From an uncultured Chloroflexia bacterium (GTDB lineage: Bacteria; Chloroflexota; Anaerolineae; Anaerolineales; Anaerolineaceae), in contig CAVPSU010000001.1 of assembly GCA_963708715.1 (NCBI GenBank), positions 736,000 to 799,999 of the forward strand: DNA of 64,000 bases, given 5' to 3'. Below, in pieces: positions 1 through 8,347 of the stretch; the first letter of the stretch is position 1, and the number at the start of each line of letters is the position of its first letter. A program made the position numbers and the translations under genes. The notes under the pieces were generated by a model, which searched no databases, was not told where the DNA came from, and saw nothing but the letters and a program-made list of their open reading frames with translations.

Positions 1-32
1 GGAAAAAGGTGGTGGTAAAATGACATCCGCTT

Positions 33-104
33 GGGTGCGTAGCTCAATGGTAGAGCAGTGGCCTTTTAAGCCATTGGTTAAGGGTTCGAGCCCCTTCGCA
101 CTCA
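33..104 (+). tRNA. tRNA-Lys (anticodon UUU)
   Basis: Hand-folded cloverleaf: acceptor GGGTGCG/CGCACTC (one G-T pair), D arm GCTC-AATGGTA-GAGC, anticodon stem GTGGC/GCCAT with loop CTTTTAA (anticodon TTT at 65-67), T arm AAGGG-TTCGAGC-CCCTT, discriminator A. No encoded CCA. Confidence 0.85.
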
Positions 105-109
105 CAAGG

Positions 110-130
110 GCACTCTTCGGAGTGCTTTTC
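110..130 (+). terminator. intrinsic terminator after tRNA-Lys
   Basis: GCACTC-TTCG-GAGTGC stem-loop followed by TTTT. Confidence 0.6.
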
Positions 131-341
131 TGTTGGAGATTCATGGTTCAAGCCTGCTCGCTGTGCGTCCATCGGATCGCGCTCATCAGGTTCCAACAAA
201 TCAGTATGGGTATGTCTTTATTGGTTAAGTTGACTGAAAGTGTTTAACCATCGGACTGGATTGTAGTGCCTAACCGCGTAAATATGGATGGTCTGGACAT
301 GCGTCTGAAAAGTGGGAGGTGAGTGATATCGGGGGTTAATA

Positions 342-443
342 TGTCATTCTGAGCCCAGGAAGGGCGAAGAATCTCTACCAACCCATAAAAACGTCTTGAT
401 CAACATAGAGATACATTGGTCATTTCACTTCCTCAGGATGACA
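342..443. repeat. MITE-like palindromic element, copy 1
   Basis: 12-nt terminal inverted repeats TGTCATTCTGAG ... CTCAGGATGACA. The arms match the element at 57353-57442 in inverted orientation (GAGATTCTTCGCCC and CTCAGAATGACA blocks are identical). Confidence 0.6.
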
Positions 444-633
444 AATACCATTCATCGCAATCATGTAGCATCCCTTTGATGGAGGCAGGTTGGCAGAAAC
501 AATCTCATCTTACCTCTGATTACCACCATCGCACCGCCTCCGCCGGATCGCCTTCTTCCCCAATATCAAATTTCCATTGCATTAAACAAAACGTACCCGA
601 CTCGCATCGGGCACGTGATCAACGATCAAACAA

Positions 634-1143
634 TTAGGCGACTTTCTTTTTCCGCCTGAAAGCACCGACCAGGATGAACAAGCCTAATAGGATGAGCGCC
701 ACTGGCCAGATCTTGTCGACATTCACAATGTTGCCAAAGGCAGCACCGAAGATACTGAACATGATCAAACTGATGACGATATTCCACAACCCGCCGATGA
801 TCGCTCCGACCTTTCGACCGAACACTCCGAATAAAATCAATCCCACCCCGACAAATCCGGGGATGAGCGCCCAGGCGTATGACCAACTGCCCCAGTCACC
901 AGTGAGATTCTGGTAATACAGGAGTCCACCGATACCGGTAATGATCGTTCCGGGAATAAACAAACTGGGAACCCACCCAAGAACGGCAGCAACATAAAAC
1001 AGCAGTCCGAAAGCGATGATCTGGATCGGCCAGGTAACATCACTATAAGCAAATTCCTTCAGCGCTGGAGATAATGCAACCGCCAGATACCACAGACCGA
1101 CACCAATGAAAATGATTGCAGTAGAAATTCTTCCTTTGTTCAT
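634..1143 (-). CDS. hypothetical polytopic membrane protein
   Basis: 169-aa ORF that is almost entirely hydrophobic helices (about 5 TM segments). GAGG-type RBS upstream of the ATG. No family recognised. Confidence 0.6.
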   Translation of the reverse strand: MNKGRISTAIIFIGVGLWYLAVALSPALKEFAYSDVTWPIQIIAFGLLFYVAAVLGWVPSLFIPGTIITGIGGLLYYQNLTGDWGSWSYAWALIPGFVGVGLILFGVFGRKVGAIIGGLWNIVISLIMFSIFGAAFGNIVNVDKIWPVALILLGLFILVGAFRRKKKVA

Positions 1144-1326
1144 CGTTCGCCATCCTCTTCAGATTCGAAGTGTTGTTTCTATAGATATACGTACAATAGT
1201 TACTATAGTCGCAAGGTCATATTTGGCAAGTAGTATTTTAAGCCCAGCAATAAAATTCCAATGGATCGATTGATTTGTGATAGAAAATAAGAAAGACGTA
1301 CAGATAGCCATAATTTTACGTTGATT

Positions 1327-1335
1327 TGATATAAT
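1327..1335 (+). promoter_or_regulatory. candidate extended -10 promoter (TGnTATAAT) for azlCD
   Basis: TGATATAAT lies about 30 nt upstream of the azlC ATG. No good -35 element seen. Confidence 0.35.
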
Positions 1336-1365
1336 CGCTCCATCCAATCCTCCGTGGGGGGAAGT

Positions 1366-2076
1366 ATGACTGCGTTGCAATCCGTTATTCACCCTCAAAC
1401 TCCTTCGAAACGCTTTTTCAGCGGGCTGAAGGATGTCTTCCCGTTAATCATCGGGGCGTTTCCATTGGGGGTCATCTATGGAGCGCTGGCAATGAAAGCT
1501 GGACTATCTGCTCCAGCCGCTCAATCGATGTCTGCGTTTGTATTCGCCGGATCGGCTCAGTTCCTGATCGCTCAGATGGCAGCAGCATCAGTTCCTGCGA
1601 TCGTAATGATCCTGGCTGTTGCGGTAATTAATTTGCGTCACGCATTGTACAGTGCGTCTGTTGCCAGTTATATACAAAACCTCTCACCATTTTGGAAGAG
1701 TGTGCTTGCTTTCCTGCTTACAGATGAAGCCTTTGTGGTGGTTATTACCAACTTCGAGAAAGAAGAAAGTACTCCTCTCAAACGCTGGTATTTTCTGGGT
1801 GCTGGATTGAGCATGTGGTTTTTTTGGCAAATCGCGACGGCTGTTGGAATCTTCCTTGGAGAGATCATTCCTGCATCCTGGCCGTTGGATTTCGCGTTAC
1901 CGCTCTCTTTTATCGCCATGGTAGTACCTGCATTACGAGATCGGGCATCCACTGGCGCCGCGCTCGCAGCCGGAATCATCGCTGTACTGGCATTCAGCCT
2001 GCCGTATAAACTCAGCATCATCCTCGCAGCTTTTGTAGGCATTCTGGTCGGTGTCCTTTTGGAGAAGAAAGCATGA
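1366..2076 (+). CDS. azlC: AzlC-family branched-chain amino acid exporter subunit
   Basis: N-terminal pattern FPLGVIYGALAMKAGLS...MSAFVFAGSAQF is typical of AzlC. ATG at 1366 is preferred over the GTG at 1354 because it follows a G-rich RBS. The gene overlaps azlD by 4 nt. Confidence 0.8.
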   Translation: MTALQSVIHPQTPSKRFFSGLKDVFPLIIGAFPLGVIYGALAMKAGLSAPAAQSMSAFVFAGSAQFLIAQMAAASVPAIVMILAVAVINLRHALYSASVASYIQNLSPFWKSVLAFLLTDEAFVVVITNFEKEESTPLKRWYFLGAGLSMWFFWQIATAVGIFLGEIIPASWPLDFALPLSFIAMVVPALRDRASTGAALAAGIIAVLAFSLPYKLSIILAAFVGILVGVLLEKKA

Positions 2077-2387
2077 TGATCTGGATTGTCATTGTCGTTT
2101 GTGCCATCATCACATTCCTGATCAGGGTGTCATTCATCGCAGTTTTTGGAAAAAAGGAAATACCAATCTGGCTCCAGAGAGCCTTGAAGTATGTACCCCC
2201 ATCAGTTCTATCGGTAATAGCCTGCCAGAGTATCCTCTTTCAGGGTAACCACTTGGATATCAGCCTGAATAATACTAGATTGATTGCCGGAATCATTGCT
2301 GCTTTCGTCGCCTGGTGGACGAAGAATATCCTGATCACCATCATAGCCGGGATGGCCGCCCTAATATTAATCCAAATAGTTCTCTGA
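2073..2387 (+). CDS. azlD: AzlD-family small membrane subunit
   Basis: 104-aa, 3-4 TM protein translationally coupled (ATGA overlap) to azlC, which is the classic azlCD arrangement. Confidence 0.75.
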   Translation: MMIWIVIVVCAIITFLIRVSFIAVFGKKEIPIWLQRALKYVPPSVLSVIACQSILFQGNHLDISLNNTRLIAGIIAAFVAWWTKNILITIIAGMAALILIQIVL

Positions 2388-2571
2388 TCAGTATTTCCCC
2401 CAACCAATTACCCCGAGTATGAGTATTTAGAGTTAGCTATACCCCTTGAATCATTGTCTCTATTTGCTACAATAAGTAGTACGCGACTGGATTCATAACG
2501 CGCATAATCAGTATTCCAACATTAAGGCAACCAGGCCGAAAATAGATCCAGACGGGGATTTGGAGGTCCAA

Positions 2572-3444
2572 ATGGACAAGAGGAGATGGATTTCGGTTGT
2601 AGGAAGAGGGATGATCTTATTCATTCTTCTGGTAAATGTACTCTTCACGAGTGCTTTCGTTAACCAGGCTTCTGGTTCAAATTGTACAGACACCCACTAC
2701 ATCAGCTATGGTGATACCCTCTATAAAATCGGACTTTGGTATGGGGTTCCGTGGCCAGATATCGCTGCCGCGAATGGTTTATCTTATCCTTATACCATCT
2801 ACTACGGAAAAACACTCTGCATCCCTGATGCCACCTCCAGTGGATCTTCTGGAGGTATTGGAGTCGTTGTAACTTCGGTAAAAACGAATGATTATATCAA
2901 CATCAAAGCTACTAATTTGCCAAAGAAAGAAAACTTTGATGTCTCGATTGGCAAGTGCTATAGCTCTTCCAAGACACTGGTTGGCAGTTTGCGAACAGAT
3001 GGAGATTCGGGGACGTTCTATGAAAAATATGACATCCCCGGTAAGTACAATGGTGTATCCTGTCTGACCCTTTATCTGGAGAGTATAAAATCCTCCAGGG
3101 AAGCGTTCACTTCTTTCACAAATACGACAAGTTCAACGCCCAGTGTCAGCTCTTCATCAGATATGTACTTCAAGATCATCGATGTAGAGAAAAATAAATC
3201 TATCACCATTAAGATGTATAACCTGGTAAAGAATAAACGCTATAAAGTATTCATTGGACCTGCAGGAAGTGGCGCACCTTCCGGCTATCTTCGTGACGCG
3301 TTTACCGCAAGTTCTTCCGGAACACTTACGGCAACATATACCATTCAGTCTGCATTCAAAAATCGCGCAAAATTGGACATTCGGGTGGAAGGGATGACGA
3401 TCACCGCTTCTATGGTCCAGACGTTTAACAACACAACGTATTGA
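2572..3444 (+). CDS. secreted LysM-domain protein with two repeated beta-rich domains
   Basis: Signal/TM segment followed by a LysM motif (YISYGDTLYKIGLWYGVPWPDIAAANGL...YYGKTLCIP). GGAGG lies 5 nt before the ATG at 2572; the track start at 2560 is a TTG. Confidence 0.75.
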   Translation: MDKRRWISVVGRGMILFILLVNVLFTSAFVNQASGSNCTDTHYISYGDTLYKIGLWYGVPWPDIAAANGLSYPYTIYYGKTLCIPDATSSGSSGGIGVVVTSVKTNDYINIKATNLPKKENFDVSIGKCYSSSKTLVGSLRTDGDSGTFYEKYDIPGKYNGVSCLTLYLESIKSSREAFTSFTNTTSSTPSVSSSSDMYFKIIDVEKNKSITIKMYNLVKNKRYKVFIGPAGSGAPSGYLRDAFTASSSGTLTATYTIQSAFKNRAKLDIRVEGMTITASMVQTFNNTTY

Positions 3445-3465
3445 TGTAAAATTTGGTTATGATTT

Positions 3466-3491
3466 AAGAGGTCACCGTAGGGTGACCTCTT
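3466..3491. terminator. bidirectional stem-loop between convergent genes
   Basis: AAGAGGTCACC-GTAG-GGTGACCTCTT, an 11-bp perfect stem. Confidence 0.6.
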
Positions 3492-3492
3492 C

Positions 3493-4323
3493 TTATTTGC
3501 AGTTGATCACCTGACTATACGCCACATTGCAGGTGTACCAAAAACCATCGAAATCCACCAGGACCTCCATGGATTCATTCAAGTCTTCGTAGGTTTTCAA
3601 CGCGATATGGTAAGGTTTATCGATTACATCCATTAACGGCTTCATTGCCAGGATTTGCAATTTACTTGCTTCTTTACCATGATCAAACAATGCTTTATTC
3701 GCTCTGGCTACATCAATAGTATCGGATGTCAGATTCAATGGACGGCGCAATGGCTTATTGTAAACTTCGTCCATCATAAACCCCATCCCTACAAATAAAG
3801 CCAACCACAGGGTTACATTCATGACCATGGGTCCAATATACATCGCCATGTGAATTTGCTCCACAATGGTGGGAAAAAGCAGGCTAACAATAACACCCAG
3901 AACGATTACTACACATACGCTAAAGATGATTCTGGTATCTTGTAGTGGTGGGATCGGATAGTTTATTTCGGCTCCAAGGAGGGGATTTAGTTGACGTATT
4001 ATCCACTCCATCCAACGAAATGGAATGGAAGAGGCGACCAGGGAACAGCCAATAGCCCAGCCAACCCAGAGGATAAAAGATATCGAACCTCTCCCGGATT
4101 TTGCGGAAAAATATCCGCATAAACCTGCCAGCAAGGTAACCACAATGGTTGCAGGGATTACCTTGATCCAGGGAAACACGACATGCGATCCCGCCAGTGA
4201 AATCGCATCCATTCCCCATGCCAAGGATGAAAAAACAAACCCACCCAGTAATCCGGCTATGATCCCTACTTTTCCAACTGCTTTGGATGGATTGTAAATG
4301 GTTTGTACAGGTTCCATTTGCAT
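3493..4323 (-). CDS. hypothetical polytopic membrane protein
   Basis: The ORF in the track runs to 4524 but would then overlap rnz. The internal Met at 4323 (MQMEPVQ...) precedes the first TM helix and leaves a divergent intergenic gap. Confidence 0.55.
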   Translation of the reverse strand: MQMEPVQTIYNPSKAVGKVGIIAGLLGGFVFSSLAWGMDAISLAGSHVVFPWIKVIPATIVVTLLAGLCGYFSAKSGRGSISFILWVGWAIGCSLVASSIPFRWMEWIIRQLNPLLGAEINYPIPPLQDTRIIFSVCVVIVLGVIVSLLFPTIVEQIHMAMYIGPMVMNVTLWLALFVGMGFMMDEVYNKPLRRPLNLTSDTIDVARANKALFDHGKEASKLQILAMKPLMDVIDKPYHIALKTYEDLNESMEVLVDFDGFWYTCNVAYSQVINCK

Positions 4324-4401
4324 ATTATACCAAGATACAATCACTCTTTTAGGGTACAATTGCAAGACGATTTTCCTCCAATCACCGAAAAAAGGTCCAG
4401 C

Positions 4402-5340
4402 TTGTTCGAAATTATTTTCCTCGGCACTTCCGCTTCTGCTCCTTCCGTCCACAGGGGGCTTTCCGCTCAGATCGTTACTCACAATGAACATCGATTCTTG
4501 ATCGATTGCGGTGAAGGCACACAACGCCAGATCTTACAATCCGGTTTGGGATTCAAGCATCTTAATAAGATCCTGATCACTCACAGTCACCTCGATCATA
4601 TACTTGGGTTAGCGGGATTGATTTCCACCTATATGCGCTGGGAGGCAATCGACCAGCTGGATATCTATGGCGGAAAAGCGTCTTTGGAGAGAATCCGTGA
4701 TCTGATATATACGGTCGTTCTGAGAAATGCACCTCCACCCATGGATATTCAACTTCATGAGGTTAATCCCGGTGTCATTATCGAGGAAGATGACTTCAAG
4801 GTTTCAGCATTTCCGGTTCAACACCGTGGACCTGACTGCTTTGGATATACGTTTATCGAAAACAGCCGACAACCATTCCTGGCAGAAAAAGCGGAAGCTC
4901 TTGGGATACCAAATGGACCGATGCGACGGGATTTAGTGAATGGAAAATCGATTTCCCTGTCGGATGGAAAAATTATTCGTCCAACCGAAGTATTGGGAGT
5001 TCTCCAGCCGGGAGTCAAGCTTGTCCATGTGGGCGATGTGGGATATACAGAAAACCTGGTAGATGAGGTGAGGGATGCTAACACCCTCGTTATCGAAGCG
5101 ACCTACCTGGAAGAAGAAGTGGTAATGGCAAAACAATTCGCCCACCTTACCGCGGTTCAAGCCTCACAATTAGCGATCAAAGCGGGCGTGAAAAACCTGA
5201 TATTGACCCATATCTCCCGCAGATACCGTGAAAAAGATGTTTTGGCAGAAGCACAGGAAATATTCCCGAATGTTAAAGTGGCGCGAGATTTTGATCGTTT
5301 CTCCGTTCTTCGGGATGGCGAAAGAAATCCTAGCGAATAA
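4402..5340 (+). CDS. rnz: ribonuclease Z (tRNA 3' endonuclease, MBL fold)
   Basis: FEIIFLGTSASAP N-terminus and HSHLDH metal motif; length about 312 aa when started from the TTG at 4402. The ATG at 4303 adds an atypical 33-aa extension. Confidence 0.8.
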   Translation: MFEIIFLGTSASAPSVHRGLSAQIVTHNEHRFLIDCGEGTQRQILQSGLGFKHLNKILITHSHLDHILGLAGLISTYMRWEAIDQLDIYGGKASLERIRDLIYTVVLRNAPPPMDIQLHEVNPGVIIEEDDFKVSAFPVQHRGPDCFGYTFIENSRQPFLAEKAEALGIPNGPMRRDLVNGKSISLSDGKIIRPTEVLGVLQPGVKLVHVGDVGYTENLVDEVRDANTLVIEATYLEEEVVMAKQFAHLTAVQASQLAIKAGVKNLILTHISRRYREKDVLAEAQEIFPNVKVARDFDRFSVLRDGERNPSE

Positions 5341-5584
5341 TTTTCCGATAAAGAAAAATCATTCCGATTGACACGACAAATATCACAGCAATAAGCCCGA
5401 TAAAAAATAGCCTAACCTGATTTGTCCAGATCGGGTTATTCCAATTAATGATCAAGTAGGTAATAACACCAATCAGGCATAGGGTACTGCTCATTAAAGC
5501 CAAGAGTATCGTTGCGAGGACCGGATTGCCGGGATGAGGATTATTCTTCATGTTTGTTTCCAGAACTCTGAATTTGTAAGACAT
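5330..5584 (-). CDS. small two-TM membrane protein, hypothetical
   Basis: 84-aa ORF with two hydrophobic helices. No homology recognised. Confidence 0.4.
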   Translation of the reverse strand: MSYKFRVLETNMKNNPHPGNPVLATILLALMSSTLCLIGVITYLIINWNNPIWTNQVRLFFIGLIAVIFVVSIGMIFLYRKIIR

Positions 5585-5651
5585 TTTCCATTATAAATGA
5601 ACATTGCTTGATATTCATTAAGTCATTGTCTTTAATAATGGGACAATTCTA

Positions 5652-5679
5652 TTGACACTATGCGAAAAAACCGTAAAAT
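5652..5679 (+). promoter_or_regulatory. sigma-70-type promoter (TTGACA-16 nt-TAAAAT)
   Basis: Perfect -35 TTGACA at 5652-5657 and TAAAAT at 5674-5679. Confidence 0.5.
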
Positions 5680-5698
5680 CAACCCTAACATGTCACAT

Positions 5699-5785
5699 AT
5701 CGCTTTTACACCCCGCAAAGATAAGCAGCCCAAGCGCCATACCTCCAAGGTAAGGTCAGTTTTGCTTATGCGGTAAGCGATTTTT
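5699..5785 (+). promoter_or_regulatory. long imperfect hairpin in the leader (candidate riboregulator or small RNA)
   Basis: ATCGCTT..CCGCA..TAAGCA pairs with TGCTTA-TGCGG-TAAGCGAT and is followed by TTTTT. It sits between the promoter at 5652 and the terminator at 5806. Confidence 0.4.
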
Positions 5786-5805
5786 CCAGAATCAGAGCAG
5801 ATAAG

Positions 5806-5842
5806 GTCTTCCTTGAAAATTGTTGAGGAAGGCTTTTTTTTA
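5806..5842 (+). terminator. intrinsic terminator/attenuator upstream of the SBP gene
   Basis: GTCTTCC-14 nt loop-GGAAGGC followed by T8. Confidence 0.6.
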
Positions 5843-5878
5843 TTTCTGCAAAGAAGCAACCAACACGGAGGAGGTGCT

Positions 5879-5920
5879 ATGAAAATGGGTAAGACGAAAT
5901 ACTTTTTGACAGACAACTGA
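5879..5920 (+). CDS. 13-codon upstream ORF (MKMGKTKYFLTDN)
   Basis: GGAGGAGG RBS lies 5-6 nt before the ATG. The uORF ends 38 nt before the SBP start. Coding status is unproven. Confidence 0.25.
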   Translation: MKMGKTKYFLTDN

Positions 5921-5958
5921 AAAACCAATAAATCAACCAATCGTTAGGAGAAAGAAGA

Positions 5959-6732
5959 ATGAAGACACACTTAATTTCTAAAATTGTTACCCTGATCGTG
6001 CTATCCTCCGTTTTCCTGGCTGCCTGCGGAGCAGGCGCTGCAAGCCAGCCAACCAATACCCCGCGGGTTGTCCGCATCGTCACCGAAGCTGCCTATCCTC
6101 CATTTGAGACCGTCGATGAAACCACCAAGGAACTGGTTGGTTTCGATATGGATCTGGTCCGAGCCGTCATGGATACGACTGGATTACAATACGAAATCAT
6201 TAATATCGCCTGGGATCCGCTACTTACCGGCATGGCCCAATGCCAGTACGACGCTGCCATCTCAGCCATTACGATCACCGAAGAACGTAAACAGGCGATG
6301 GGTTTCTCGAACGGCTATATCAATGCCGGTCAGATTGTAACGGTCAATACAGCCACCACCGATATTTCCGGTCCAGAAGACCTGGTCGGTAGAGTAATTG
6401 CCGTTCAATTAGGGACAACTGGTGATATTGAAGCAAAGAAAATTGAAGGGGCTGAAGTAAAAGCCTATGATTCAGTCGACCTGGCATTTCAGGACTTAAA
6501 AAACAGGCAGGTGGACGCTGTTGTAGCTGATTATCCAACCTCGCTGGCGTTTGTGGAAGCGAATGTTGAGGATCTCGTTACAGTAGGTGAGCCCTTCACC
6601 GAGGAAGTCTACGGAATCGCCGTTTGCAAGAACGACACCGCATTATTGGAACAGATCAATGCTGGTCTGAAAACCGTTTCCGACAATGGACTTATTAAAG
6701 AACTTGAACAGAAATGGCTTGCAGGTCAATAG
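5959..6732 (+). CDS. polar amino acid ABC transporter substrate-binding lipoprotein (family 3 SBP)
   Basis: Lipobox LAAC. Family-3 pattern: GFDMDL...AISAITITEERK..FS..Y..AGQ. No cognate permease or ATPase gene is adjacent. Confidence 0.8.
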   Translation: MKTHLISKIVTLIVLSSVFLAACGAGAASQPTNTPRVVRIVTEAAYPPFETVDETTKELVGFDMDLVRAVMDTTGLQYEIINIAWDPLLTGMAQCQYDAAISAITITEERKQAMGFSNGYINAGQIVTVNTATTDISGPEDLVGRVIAVQLGTTGDIEAKKIEGAEVKAYDSVDLAFQDLKNRQVDAVVADYPTSLAFVEANVEDLVTVGEPFTEEVYGIAVCKNDTALLEQINAGLKTVSDNGLIKELEQKWLAGQ

Positions 6733-6750
6733 GGTTAATAGGTATGTAAG

Positions 6751-6786
6751 AGAAGAGACCGATGTTGTTCGACATCGGTCTCTTCT
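6751..6786. terminator. bidirectional terminator (SBP / greA)
   Basis: AGAAGAGACCGATG-8 nt-CATCGGTCTCTTCT, a 14-bp perfect stem. Confidence 0.65.
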
Positions 6787-6807
6787 ATAATTTTCATGTA
6801 AAATTCT

Positions 6808-7269
6808 TTATTCCACTTTTAATATCTGGACCTCGAAAGAACCACCAGGTGCTTCCACTTTCACCACATCCCCAGAGCGATGGTTCATTAGCGCCTTACC
6901 AAGAGGGGATTCATTTGAAATTCTCCCGCCACGCGGATTCGCTTCGGCTGCGCCTACGATAATGTAGGTTTCCTTGTCGGAACCTTCTTCTTTGATCGTT
7001 ACTTTTGTTCCGACCTGAATATTTTCGTGCTTTTCCTCATCGGTTATTACCCGGGCTGTCGCCAGTAGAATTTCTAGTTCTTTAATCCGACCTTCAACGA
7101 ATGCTTGTTCATTCTTGGCGTCTTCGTATTCAGCATTCTCAATCAATTCTCCGCCTTCCATGGCTTCATGGAGTCGGTTGGCTATTTCCTGTCGGCGGAC
7201 GGTGCGAAGGAATTCAAGTTCTTCCTGTAGCTTGTCATACCCTTCACGTGTGAGGAAAGTTATCGGCAT
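6808..7269 (-). CDS. greA: transcription elongation factor GreA
   Basis: 153 aa. N-terminal coiled coil (TREGYDKLQEELEFL) and a C-terminal GreA/GreB domain. Confidence 0.9.
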   Translation of the reverse strand: MPITFLTREGYDKLQEELEFLRTVRRQEIANRLHEAMEGGELIENAEYEDAKNEQAFVEGRIKELEILLATARVITDEEKHENIQVGTKVTIKEEGSDKETYIIVGAAEANPRGGRISNESPLGKALMNHRSGDVVKVEAPGGSFEVQILKVE

Positions 7270-7376
7270 AATATATCCCTATCTGCATTGAATGATTGTA
7301 ACTGAACCCACCTAGCGGTTCGATATGAACACAAACAGCGCCCCGAAGGGACGCCATCGATAAACGCTGTTACGGT

Positions 7377-7405
7377 ATATTACCATAATCCAATTGTTTG
7401 TGCAA
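7377..7405 (-). promoter_or_regulatory. candidate greA promoter (TTGCAC-17 nt-TAATAT)
   Basis: Read on the minus strand. A GC hairpin (7338-7354, GCGTCCC-TTCG-GGGCGC) follows in the leader. Confidence 0.45.
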
Positions 7406-7492
7406 TAGGATTATTGCGCACGGTTGAACCAGATGGAATAAGTAATTCAAGTCGAAATTGGTGATACGCAGTTAAGCCAAACAACGATTGGT

Positions 7493-8347
7493 TTATTCAA
7501 CGTGTGGTGGCCATTGTATCATCAGGTAGGGGGTATAACCATGCTTTTCAACTCCATACACTCTTCCAAACGAAGCCTGGCTACAGCCTGGTTGGTCAAT
7601 TACTGTTACCTCGGTATCGTATACTCCAAAGGGGATAAAGACGATGGAACCGTTTTGACATACCCAGGTTTCCACTAGATACGGCTCCTGTTCTGAATCG
7701 TCCCCAGCCCTGAGTTCAAGCGGACTCCATGAGATGGTAACATTTTCGCCAACACGCGTGGCGAGCACTGATCCGAGGGCATCATAATAGGGAGACCAGG
7801 GCAATTCGATATTCAACGGATCAACAGTCGGAATTGATTCTAGATTACCCTGGACATCCATAAATTGCAAATTCATCCAACAAGGATTATTGCCACCGAT
7901 CGCGCGGATCTCAAGGTATCCGGTATCCCGTAGAATTCCGATAATCTCCAACCTGTTGCCACCCAATAACCCATATTTATACAGGTACGCTTTTGATGGA
8001 CCATAAAAGCACATCACATGCTCCTGATTTACCTCGCCCCGAAGAATGGTGTAGGTCGGGGCAGTCCTGGGAGTTGCCGTAGCAGAAAATGTGGCGGTCA
8101 TTGTTGGATTGACAGGATCGGTCTGCAAAGGTGTAACCGAAGGCAAAGGCGCGGGGGTGACTGTAAATGTAGTGGGAATGGTTTTCGCGCCGATTGGAGT
8201 GAAAGCTGGCGGCAAAGTTTCTTTATCGGGAATTGGCTGCGTTGAACAGCCTGACAGAAATCCCAGGTATAAAAAAACGGCGATTACTGAACAAGTTTCG
8301 CGGCGTAGCCTACGGCCACGGAATTTTCGCTGGTTCAGAGTAGCCAT
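7493..8347 (-). CDS. secreted lipoprotein, paralog A (unknown family)
   Basis: Lipobox LSGC and a Thr/Pro linker. It shares the motifs C.YGPSKAYL, Y(L/F)(V/I)E.WVCQ.G and VEKHGY with the upstream gene. Confidence 0.6.
   Translation of the reverse strand: MATLNQRKFRGRRLRRETCSVIAVFLYLGFLSGCSTQPIPDKETLPPAFTPIGAKTIPTTFTVTPAPLPSVTPLQTDPVNPTMTATFSATATPRTAPTYTILRGEVNQEHVMCFYGPSKAYLYKYGLLGGNRLEIIGILRDTGYLEIRAIGGNNPCWMNLQFMDVQGNLESIPTVDPLNIELPWSPYYDALGSVLATRVGENVTISWSPLELRAGDDSEQEPYLVETWVCQNGSIVFIPFGVYDTEVTVIDQPGCSQASFGRVYGVEKHGYTPYLMIQWPPHVE

Noticed and set aside
100-340. Integrated element or att site next to tRNA-Lys, including a T-loop-like GGTTCAAGCC at about 141-150.
   Set aside because: There is no integrase or phage gene, no direct repeat of the tRNA 3' end, and the GGTTCAAGCC context cannot be folded into a T arm or cloverleaf.
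416-637. 73-aa ORF downstream of tRNA-Lys, and the 128-aa ORF at 57290-57676.
   Set aside because: Both start inside or read through the MITE-like repeat copies, have no RBS, and show low-complexity or odd composition. They are typical repeat-derived spurious ORFs.
5699-5785. SRP (4.5S) RNA or T-box identity for the long hairpin.
   Set aside because: AGCAGCC and AGGTCAG-like words are present but in the wrong order relative to the GGAA apical-loop architecture of SRP RNA. No T-box sequence (AGGGTGGTACCGCG) is present.
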